In this document: piece after piece, positions 37,276 to 49,109 of the stretch
How the letters are laid out: each line of letters begins with the position of its first letter
How positions within the stretch are numbered: the first letter of the stretch is position 1
Assembly (NCBI RefSeq): GCF_006345805.1
Contig: NC_043006.1
Location: 59,148,001 to 59,212,000, forward strand
From: Octopus sinensis
Taxonomy: Eukaryota
Direction: 5' to 3'
DNA: 64,000 nt
The notes under the pieces: model-generated
Databases searched by the model: none
What the model saw: the letters and a program-made list of their open reading frames with translations, nothing else
What the model was told of the DNA's origin: nothing
Program-made: the position numbers and the translations under genes

Positions 37276-37669
37276 TTATCTTGTCAAACTCATCTGAATA
37301 TGTCATGCTTGGCATCGATTTAGTCGATAATAATCTCCTACCAAATTTTTGCTTTTTACCAATTACAATGACAAGTGACAAAGCATATTATAACAGATAA
37401 TAGATAGTGGACGGAGGCTAGACAGAAAATGTGATTTTTATCGCTCAGCATTAGTCAATTGTTAGAAAGTAGATAAGAAAGACATTGGTAAACATGGCGT
37501 CTGACATGCTCGGTGCGGGAAAAGGTTATTGAAAGTAATCTTCTGAAGTTGTGTGAATCGAATACTCACAATTTGAGTTCTTATTACTTAGAGAAAAAAA
37601 ACGACACAGGAAACTGAAGCGCTAGATCCCCTCTGTAAGTAAGAACATCTCTCAGCTAATATTAATTTC

Positions 37670-37860
37670 AAATTATGGCACTTGGGGTAGTTTCAGGGGA
37701 GCGGGTAAGTCGATTACCTCGATCCCAGTGTTCGAATGGTACTTATTTTATCGACTCCGAAAGGAAAAGTCGACCTCGGCAGAATTTGAACTCAGAACCT
37801 ACAGACGAACGAAATGCCGCTCAGCTTTTTTCCGGCGCGCTTTTAGTTCTGGCAGATCGC
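37670..37860 (-). mobile_element. SINE type B
   Basis: gtcgacctcggcagaatttgaactcagaac...gaaatgccgct. Confidence 0.75.
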
Positions 37861-37974
37861 CATACTCTCTCAGCTAATATTAATGAATAAACAATATTTA
37901 CTTCGTTATAAGCTGTTTTGAGTTACTTATTTTAGTTTTTGTTATTTGGTATTCATACGAATACAAATTGTAAT

Positions 37975-38085
37975 ATTTATGCATAATTTTATGCATAAAT
38001 ATTTATGCATAATTTATGTACATATTTATGCATAATTTATGTACATATTTATGTATAATTTATGTACATATTTATGCATAATTTT
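37975..38085. repeat. Minisatellite, ~23-bp unit tttatgcataatttatgtacata
   Basis: Directly visible tandem units. Confidence 0.75.
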
Positions 38086-38425
38086 AGCCAAGCATACTTG
38101 TGTGGTAAGAAGTCTGCTTCCTAATCACATGGTTCCAGGTTCAGTCCCACTACGTGGTACCTTCTACTATAACCTCGGGCCGACCAAAACCTTGTGAATA
38201 GATTTCCTAGACGGAAAATGAAAGAAGCCTGTCGTATATATAGATATAAAAATATAAATATATATATATATATATATATAAGCATACACGTGTGCGCCCG
38301 TGCATGTCCTTTTATCTATTTTTGTTCCCCACCATAGATTGCCAGCCAGCGATGGTGTGTTTACGTTCCCGGAACTTAGCGGTTCGGCAAAGAAAGAATG
38401 AAAATTGCAGTACCGGTCTGAAGAA
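38085..38425 (+). mobile_element. SINE type A, 3'-truncated
   Basis: gtggtaagaagtctgcttcctaatcacatggttccaggttcagtccc...aacttagcggttcggcaaa. Confidence 0.75.
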
Positions 38426-38813
38426 AGCATCTCGTATAGACGTATAGGGTTAAAAATCGCAGGCATATACGAGTAGCAGATGAAAATTGTCTACAGTGGT
38501 GGTGTGATTGCCAAATATACTAAATAGTACTTATGCTTCAAATTTAGACTGCACTTATAGGAAAAACAAGGATTAACGAATCACTACTACTGCTTCTGTC
38601 GCTAATAACGAACTTTTTATCCAGCCTACAGGTTAATATCGATACTAATATAATTTCCTGTTTTTAAACACTATGCATGTATAGAGATGCTTTGCTGAGA
38701 CGAATACTGCAGTTTCCAAGTTTTCTACCGTATACATACATTAAGTTTGATATATAGAATGCTATTTTGATATAAGACTGCTTCCATCTCTAATAACGAA
38801 TTTCCTCCCTCAT

Positions 38814-38888
<75 letters not shown>

Positions 38889-38920
38889 GTCTGTCTGTCT
38901 GTCTGCATGCGTATATATCC

Positions 38921-38978
<58 letters not shown>

Positions 38979-40599
38979 TAAATGACCGCAATGGATGCCC
39001 TTTCATTAAACATGAAGCTAATGTAAAATGCTTGAAAGAAATTGGTCGTTACTTGGTATTGATAGATACTATTTCTAGGAAGCTTGTCTCGAACGGGGAA
39101 AGCTGTTAGTAATATTGAAGTTGGAGATCTGTTTTTTAAATATTAATTTACAGGTTTGTTAACTGTGAATATGTCGAAAGAGGAAAGTATGTATTCAAAA
39201 TTAGGGGTGGTAGAGTATGATAACTTTATTGTGGTTATGTTAAAAGTATTTGCAGTATTTGTGAAGTAGAGTAAACTGTCTTATGTCCAGCATTAAAGAA
39301 AATCGCCGCATTTAGAGCTGCTACTGCAGTATAAAGGAGGTCTTTTATCATATTGTATCAAGTTTTCTATTTATTGAGTTTTTAATTTTTTTAAGAAAAA
39401 CCTTCATTATATTTAGTTGTTTGGAGTAAATAAATATTTGCTTATTAGATTTTACTCGTGGATTTGACTACAATCTCTGTATTGCAGCAGCCGATTTAAA
39501 TGCTGGTTGGTTGGTTATATGATATATCTAGTCACGCTTTACATCGTACAGAGAGAGAGAGAGAGGGGAAGGTAGAATAAAAGAGAAATACAGAGACAGT
39601 AAACACAGGAGGTGTAGTATGAGTGTATATACTAGGCTTCGCGACAGGCAATGAGTAATGGAGTTGCCTTTTAAGTACTGTTTAATTTGATTTTAAGGAA
39701 ATTAATATTTTCCTTCCGAAAATATTTGATAAAAGTTAGATTATAACTATTGTATGTATAAACACTATAAATTCTGATGTTACCCTTGTGGCAAAACTGT
39801 ATTTCCAAAGTTTCGAATCATATAGCAGATAACATACTAGTGTTATTAATAAAGCTTTGGTTGGTGGTTTGAGAGGTGCTGGCGATAGTTGAGGGTATGA
39901 TTTAGCTGCGGTAAGAGCAGTATAGAGAAATCTTTAAATTTAATGTTACACGAAAGAAATTTGCATTATGGTTAATAACATCTTTTTGTCCACATTTTTG
40001 GCTTCCTACAAATAGCCATATTAACTTGAACCATACACAACACACGAGATAAAATCCATCATTTTGTATAAATTATTCAAATTTTTCAAATTCCCGAGCA
40101 ATCAACACTTTTATACTAAATTATTATATTTGAATATCCACTCTCGTAATCCTTTTAAAAGTTCTAATCTAGTTTTAACTCTTTGATATTTTGAATTTTA
40201 AATTAAATTAAATTTAATTTTAAATATAACCTTATCAATGGTGTAATATTTTTACATTTTTAAATTGCCTTTTAGTAAAAACTATTACGCTTCAATACTC
40301 TTTAGAGAGGACTATTTAGCCCTCATTGATCTTAAACTGTTTCAATAAATCCACAATGGATGACAGTGAATCCCTAATTGATCATAATCCACCCCACTAA
40401 AATTTACATTTAAAATACATTTCAAAAACTATTACAAGCCAGATGAAGAAAGTGCACATGCAACAAAGTGTATTGAAAATAGCGCTTAACCACTATAAAA
40501 CAAAATTATTTAAAGGGCGTAATTTCAAGAATACATTTTTCATTATTTGCGAACAATACTTCGCAATTCCTAATATTATCACGTCACTAAGGCAACAAG

Positions 40600-40810
40600 C
40601 TGGCAGAATCATTAGCACAGCGGGAAAAATGCTTAGCGGCATTCTGTCTGTCTTTACGCTTTGAGTTCAAATTCCGCCGAGGTCGATTTTGCCTTTCATC
40701 ATTTCAGAGTCGATAAAATAATTACCAGTTGAGTATTGAAGTCGATTTTATCGACTTAACTCATCCCCTGAACTTCCTGGCCATGTGTCAAAATTTGAAT
40801 CCAGTATTAT
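40600..40810 (+). mobile_element. SINE type B
   Basis: agctggcagaatcattagc...gagttcaaattccgccgaggtcga. Confidence 0.8.
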
Positions 40811-41317
40811 CACGTCACATATTAGGTCGAATATACCTAGATAGATGGCTACATGAATATATATAAAAAGGAGAAGTGAGGATCGGTGCAAAGAACGAGT
40901 GTTTTTACGCACCTCATTCATGATAAGAATTTTCTTCTGAGGTTATTTCTGCAAAGAAACCTTTTCCTACATTCAAGTGTACATGAACGTGCTAAATATG
41001 ATTATTCATACATATAGATTAGTGCATGTCCTTAAATGTAGAATTTGCTATTCTAACATACAAGAACAAATGCTCTTTCTAGGCAGTGAGCAGTTGGTTC
41101 AGTATTTGAAATTGATGAAGCGTGACGAAAAAGGAACACTTGAGCTCTACGTTGCGATGACCTCGTTCATAGCCCAATAATGTGTTTTCACGCAAGTTGT
41201 CTTTGGAGAGAATAATTTTCCCGGTGCTATTTCCTCTGCTTTAGTTCTCCCCATGTCCGAGTGCACATAAATGCGTTAAATCTGATTATACTCACGGACA
41301 CGCACACACACACACGG

Positions 41318-41357
<40 letters not shown>

Positions 41358-41362
41358 GCACG

Positions 41363-41415
<53 letters not shown>

Positions 41416-42360
41416 AAATATATATATTCATGGAGTTTGCATGAACGAAACCATCATTTATGAGGCCACCTGCTTTTTATATTGTGTGCATGTACAGGCC
41501 TTTCATGTGGCTTAGCATTTCTTATATATTTTTATATGTATTTGTACGTATAAGCATATATCAGATATGTATATGTGTGCTTGTGTATATGTGTACGAAT
41601 GTATGTATTTACACGAGTGTAAGACTGTATCCGTTTGCTTAAAAGTAACTGTCAGGTTCATGTCTCTTTCCTTCATATGTATGTATATACGCTTGCATAT
41701 CTGCAGGTGTAGGTGTGTTAATAAACAGGAGGGTGTATTTGTATATATATGAACCCCTATACATATATAATTTATATGTATATTCATGTTTGCGGCGAAT
41801 GTGAATATGTATACATTTTATGTTTTGTGTGTGTCTTTATTCGTATAAATGTCTTATATCTACGTGAGGATGATGTTTACTATGCATTTATACGTATGTG
41901 TGTGTATGTATATTTGTACATATATATGCGTAGTTTTGTCTATCCGCGCGTGTGTGTGTGAGTATATATGTATATTCATACATGCGGCGTGTGTGTATAT
42001 ATGCCTGCTACGAACGTTAATACATGTATATTGTTTACGGTTTTATATGAGTATTTTTATTTATATAAGTTCTAAATAAATGTAAACTTATTTCTATGTG
42101 AAGATGAAGTTAAATATACATATATACGTACGTGTGTATGTATTTTCATATTTATATGCATATATTTTTAGGTATGTATAAGCATATGCATGTATATGTA
42201 TATGTGTATGTGTGTGCGCGTAGAGATGTGTATATAAGCATAATAATGCGTGCATGGGTACAATATACGTATGTATGTGTATGCATGTATGCATGTATAT
42301 GTGTGTGCAGGTATATATGTGTATATATATGTATATATGTATATATGTATGTGTATGTGA

Positions 42361-42405
<45 letters not shown>

Positions 42406-42731
42406 GTGTGTCTACGTGTATGTATGTACATATACATGTGTACATATGTAGATTTTATGAACAAAGATTTCTATATTTACGTGGTTGTATTTTTATAACA
42501 TCTCATATCTTTAACTTTTATTTACTTTTCATGCCTATTAGAGTAACCACCCTTTATTCAACGATATTTTTTTCATAGCGTTTTTGTTTTAGACCCGGCA
42601 TCTGAAATTCTGAGTATTATTATGACAACTAACTGATTGTCCGATATGATATATTTATAGATAAATTCGTCTATTTACATCATATCGAGGTCTCATTCAT
42701 TCTTTCGTTGTCATATTATTTAGTAGTATAG

Positions 42732-42769
<38 letters not shown>

Positions 42770-42770
<1 letters not shown>

Positions 42771-43530
42771 AACAATATTCTTAATAATTGGTACGATCTC
42801 TTTTGTCTCTCCTCCTCTCTCTCATTTTTACTTTCTCTCTATTCATCTTCTCTTCCTCTGACCCTTTGGTCTAGTCTTCCACTAACCCTCCTATTTCTTT
42901 GTCTCGCTCTGCACTCACAGGTCATTCTTCGACACCCATCCTTCTCCTCTCTGATTCCTTCTTCTCTCTCTCTCTCTCTTTGTTGCGTTTTGTCCCCTTT
43001 CTCTCTCTCTCTTCCTTTGCTTCTCTTTCTTTTCTTTCCCTCTTCTCTGTCACGTGACTGTTGCCGAAATCTGCCTTTCAGCTCCTGACCCTCGTCGTGT
43101 TAACATCGTTGTTTTCGTCCGCCGCTATAAAGCTTTTTCCAATGCGCCAGAGAAAAAATTTGTTTGCTTGTTATCAGTCGTAAGACCACTTGTTGTTTTC
43201 ACCGGTAATGCTTCTGTATTTCATGTTTCTGTATTCCATTATTGTTTTTTGTTTTTTTATATCTGTCCCTTTGCTGTCCTGGTGTTCGTATGCATTCGAT
43301 CCTTCTTCCAGGAAATCTACGCTTCCAGCTTAGTTTTTCTAATGCTCGTTGCTTAGTTTCTTGGAGGGCTGGCCGTGATCTAGTAATCTCAAGATTAATC
43401 ACCGAAATTACTACGATGATCCGGTTCTTGACTGAAGACTGAGGGGTTCGAATGTCCTGTCCATGTTTATTGTATCGTCTTCTATGAGTTATACGTTCGT
43501 GTCCATGTTGTATTTTTCTACATACCTAAT
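42770..43530. repeat. Probable (TA)n-embedded interspersed repeat with a pyrimidine-rich block, family unassigned
   Basis: Bounded by TA arrays and compositionally distinct; no second copy in the window. Confidence 0.3.
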
Positions 43531-43779
43531 ATATATATATATATATATATAATATATATTAATATATATAAGTAAGGCGTGTCTCTATTGTAAGAAGCTT
43601 GCTTCCTCCCAACTACATGGTTCGGGTTCAGTCCCACTGCATAGTACCTTCGGCAAGTCTTCTACTCTTCTAATTCAAGGCAGCGATCCAGCATGTCCGC
43701 AGTGTGACTGAAACAAGTATGTATTCAAATACTGAAATAAGTATTTATTCAATACATAAAAAAGGTATACATATGTATG

Positions 43780-43829
<50 letters not shown>

Positions 43830-44624
43830 TATGTAAATATATATATATATATTGTTGGCATCCTTTTTGTCTCGGGAAACAATGGAGTGATATATATATA
43901 TATATATATATATATGAAAGGGGTGAAGAAGAAGTGAGAGATAGACAGATAGGTATGGAGAGAATGATTCGAACCCGCAATGCCAAAGTCTTATCAGCGA
44001 AGTAGAACTTGAGCATTTAAATTACCACAAAGGAGATTCTATCAAACAGTATATGGAAATAAGGGGTCAAATTTTAAATAAACTTGTGTTATCATGTGTC
44101 TTCTTTCAAGAGTATTAAAGAGCAGTACGTGACTTAGCTTGTCAGCTATAACTGCTTTGAAAAATACTTCGAATTATAGGGTAAAACTGAAATTACATAA
44201 AAAATCGATACATACGAGAAATACAATAAGAACTAATTTTGTACTGCTGAAAAAGGAGTGATTTTAAAGCATTCGAGAACCAAATGTCTATCTTATGCAA
44301 AATCGGAGGTACTAGGTAAATATAAACAAGAACGATGATATACTATAATATTGGACGGAGTCATCCCGAAAGTTCAATAAGCTAGCAATCGCATTTAAGT
44401 AAGGCAGACGTGAAATTGTCGACTCTATTATATTTGCTTTTACTGAAATATCTAGAAATACATCAAATAACCAAAATAATTATCAGTATGTTTTGATAAT
44501 AATACTTTTCATGTATAGATGTTAAGCATTTGTGATACCATAGAACAGAGAATGTTGTTTTGTTTGTGTACTTTTACTGTATTTGGAAACAATCCTTTTC
44601 GATACTGAAAAAAATAACAAACAG

Positions 44625-44789
44625 GCGTAGGAGTGGCTTTGTGGTGAGTAGCTTGCTTACGAACCACATGGTTCCAGGTTCAGTCCCACTGCGTGGCACC
44701 TTGAGCATGTGTCTTCAACTATAGCCTCGGGCCGACCAAAGCCTTGTGAGTGGATTTGGTAGACGGAAACTGAAAGAAGCCCGTCGTAC

Positions 44790-44865
<76 letters not shown>

Positions 44866-45070
44866 TGTGTGCGTATATGTTTGTGTGTCTGTGTTTGTCC
44901 CCCAAAATCGCTTGACAATCGATGCTGGTGTGTTTACGCCCCCGTAACTTAGCGGTTCGGCAAAGAGACTGATAGAATAAGTACTAGGCTTACAAAGAAT
45001 AAGTCCTGGGGTTGATTTGCTCGACTAAAGCCGGTGCTCCAGCATGGCAACTGTCAAAAGAGTAAAGAAT
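44625..45070 (+). mobile_element. SINE type A, full length
   Basis: ggcgtaggagtggctttgtggtgagtagc...ggttccaggttcagtccc...(TA)n...cggtgctccagcatggc. Confidence 0.85.
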
Positions 45071-45382
45071 AAACTCCAAGTTATCAATTATCACCGTAAT
45101 TAACTCGAATTTAGTCCTTAATTGGTTAGCATATTTTTTCCTGATCATTATAAATATGTTTGCTCTCTAATAAGTCATTAATTTTTAACAGTATATTTAC
45201 GCCTATCCAAAATAAATATGTTTCTATTGTTAGTTTTACACATTTTAAAGTTGTGATTGCTGTTGAAGCCATATGAGTCTTGTTAAAATGTCTTGTCGAG
45301 TATTTATTCATCTAGTACCTTCTTGTATTGCATTCACCTCAGAGTAGGTCATGCATGGAATTAGTCTTTTATTTTTATTTTT

Positions 45383-45613
45383 AAGGCGGCGAGCTGGCAG
45401 AAACGTTAGCACGCCGGGCGAAATGCGTAGCCGTATTTCGTCTGTCGTTACGTTCTGAGTTCAAATTCCGCCGAGGTCGACTTTGCCTTTCATCCTTTCG
45501 GGGTCGATAAATAAAGTACCAGTTTCCAACTGGGGTCGATGTAATCGACTTAATCCCTTTGTCTGTCCTTGTTTGTCCCCTCTATGTTTAGCCCCTTGTG
45601 GGCAGTAAAGAAA
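45383..45613 (+). mobile_element. SINE type B, full length, with a Tx1-like 3' tail
   Basis: Head aaggcggcgagctggcagaaacgttagcac...gagttcaaatt; tail ...agccccttgtgggcagtaaagaaata. Confidence 0.85.
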
Positions 45614-46107
45614 TATATTTTTATGAAGTATTTTGTCCCTCAAGTTTTGTAAGCTTTAGTATAATAGTTCGATTTCAATTTTTGTTTTCTGCTTTAAGTC
45701 ATTTCGGTTACAAGTGATAGTATCAGGAGTGAAGAGTATAATTTAGTCTCAGATGAGACGACGCTGCGTTATGTTAAGGAATTTATATCCTTGTGTAGGA
45801 AAAGTGATTAATACGCTGGAAGCAAATGAAATTTGAAAGCGAAGTCTGTATATTATGAGGGCTGCGCATATATTATTTAAAATGTTTATTACCTATTTAT
45901 CTATTTTAATCTTTGATAAATTTCACCTTCTATGTTTTATATCTCCTGGGACATTGAGAGTATTTGTTCTTCGATGAAATACTCATATTGTGTTAACTAG
46001 TGCATTGCACGCGCACACACGCACACACAAATGTACATACATATATATGCTGATGTATGCCTGAGAATATGTGTGATTTTGTGTTCTGTTCGTGTGTATA
46101 TATATAT

Positions 46108-46221
<114 letters not shown>

Positions 46222-46259
46222 ATATATATACAGAATGCCCTCAGTATAAGTATATATAT

Positions 46260-47685
46260 ATCCTTAAATCCTAAAAGTGTTTTAGCCCGAAGGCCGCGGC
46301 TATGCTGGAGCACCACCGCTGAATAAGCTACACTATTATGTGAATCCACCTCTGATACGTGGCACTTGATCAACAAGGGAGTTCGATGCTGCTGCCCGCA
46401 TCTGCGTCTCCTGTCGTGAGGTAGGTTCATCTGGGACTCCCGACAAGAAGAGATCCAGTTTAGTTTTAAAGAAACCCACGTCCACACCATGTAAGTCATT
46501 TAGGGAGGATGTTAAAGAGCTGTGGTCCTCTGAAACCCAAGCTGTTGCAGTATCTGGAACTGTATTTTGATGGTGATGTTGGAATCTTTGGCACCATGCA
46601 GTGGCGCCCCGTTCTGCGGTTGGGGTAACTTTGAATGCCAAAGTTTGGGACAAGACCCTCCAGGCTTTTCCAGATGTATATCACCGCATATCTCTCCCGC
46701 CTCCGCTCTAGGGAGAAGAGGTTTAATACTTTCAGTCTTTCCCAGTAGCTGATATTTTGCATTGAGACGATCTTCTTTGAATTGCTTCGAGTTCTGCTGT
46801 TAGTTTTATATTGTGTGGTGACCATAGTTGGGAGCAGTAGTCCAAGCGGCTGAGGACAAATGTTTTCCAGAGGACCATCAGTGTCGCCTTCTCTCTTGTT
46901 CTGAAAGTTCGGAGAATCCATCCAGCTAGCCGTCTGCATTTTATCACCAGATTAGTAATATGCACTTGGAAAGATGCATCATTGCTCATGTCAGTGCCCA
47001 GGTCACGCACTGATTTTGACTCAGGGATTGCAATTCTTCCTGGGCCAGTGTATCCAGTCTGCACGTCGTTTACCTTTGTGTGCCGGTAGCACAGGGCCTG
47101 GAACTTACCTGCATTAAACTGCATGTTGTTGTCCTCAGCCCACCTGTATATTGTATCCAACTCCTGTTGCAGACGCGCAATATTTTCAGGGTTTTGTATT
47201 GTGTGGGAAACTTTTGTGTCATCTGCATAGCTAGCAAGGGTGGCCATCGTAGCAACTGAAGGCATGTCTGAAAGGGCCACTATGAACAGCAGTGGCCCCA
47301 AGACAGTGCCCTGTGGGACACCGCTTGTTATTTGTGTTTCCTTGGAGGTGGCTCCATTGCTCACAACTGCCTGTCTTCTGTCTTATAGGAGGTTGTGCAG
47401 CCACTCTCCAAGTTTTCCACCTATGCCGAGACCACGCAGTTTGTGACAGATCATACCGTGGTCGACTTTATCAAAGGCTTTTGCAAAGTCGAGATATATT
47501 ACATACACATTTGAGCCATTTAGTAGTTGTTTTAACAGCCAGTCATAGTGTTGCAGGAGCTGTGTTAGGCAGCTTCTACCTGGTCGAAATCCATGCTGGG
47601 TGTCAGACAGCAAGTCATTTTCTTCAAAGAACATGATTAGTTCTTGCGGACTATTCGTTCCATGTCTTTGCTGATGTGTGAGGTC

Positions 47686-47686
<1 letters not shown>
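46260..47686 (-). mobile_element. 5'-truncated CR1-type LINE with frameshifted RT
   Basis: QHGFRPGRSC, YLDFAKAFDKV, GVPQGTVLGPLLF, YADDTK and YWERLKVLNLFSLERRRER; 3' stem-loop and short tandem tail; TA arrays on both sides. Confidence 0.88.
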
Positions 47687-47728
<42 letters not shown>

Positions 47729-47732
47729 TATA

Positions 47733-47785
<53 letters not shown>

Positions 47786-47788
<3 letters not shown>

Positions 47789-47948
47789 TTATATTAAGGG
47801 AATTACTATACATAAATGCCTCACGCTGGGAGGGACTCTAAAATCAAAACTACCAAAATAAATGTGTTTATTTATTATGTTACTTATGACTTTAAGAGTC
47901 CCTCTTAGCGTGAGGCATTTATGTATAGTAATGCCCTTAATATAAGTA
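47786..47948. mobile_element. MITE-like fold-back, ~60-bp inverted arms
   Basis: tacttatattaagggaattactatacataaatgcctcacgct... mirrored at 47887-47948. Confidence 0.7.
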
Positions 47949-48062
47949 ATATATCTAAGAGGAATAACTGATGGATTTTTCACTTATGAGGTTTTTCACG
48001 CTAACTACTGATAAATTCTTATAAAGATTTTATCCTATTTTCAATATATATATATATATATA

Positions 48063-48130
<68 letters not shown>

Positions 48131-48139
48131 TAAATATGA

Positions 48140-48450
48140 AAATAATACTGACATCTCATTTTAAAAGATATATTTACCAAAATCACGTAAAAATGTCTTG
48201 AATACTAAGAAGTAAAATTACTCAATAAAATCGCCATTGACTTCAACCATGGCTTCCAGACGACTTCAGAATCTCCTGCAACTCTTCTGGACGGTCTCCT
48301 TGTTTAAGTTGGTGAATGCTGACATAATCCTTGCCTTCAGTTCATCTGGCCACCTAATTCCCCAGACTGCAACCTCCTCGATCATTATGTGTGGGGCGCA
48401 GTTGAACGAGAGACCAACTAAACTTGTAACACCAAGATGAACATAAGGAA
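48140..48450. pseudogene. Rearranged Tc1/mariner (maT/DD37D-like) transposase C-terminus
   Basis: Plus strand WPPNSPDCNLLDHYVWGAVERET; its continuation DELKARIMSAFTNLNKETVQKSCRRF lies on the minus strand. Confidence 0.65.
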
Positions 48451-48539
48451 TGGTTGCCCAACGACTTCGATGATAAGTCCCCAAGAGCAGATCGATGTTC
48501 TCACGAGACTAACGGATATTTCCTCCTTCTCCTCTCTCT

Positions 48540-49010
<471 letters not shown>

Positions 49011-49109
49011 ACCACAGATGAAACTAACAACTTTACCACCGATGTGAAACGGAACTACTGCACCAGTAAGTTATTTAAGAAGACGTAAGTACTCTTCTCA
49101 TTTTATTTG

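Noticed and set aside
41082-41180. Acceptor-like tctttctag followed by a 32-codon open frame
   Set aside because: No homology recognised and no upstream partner exon; chance is likely
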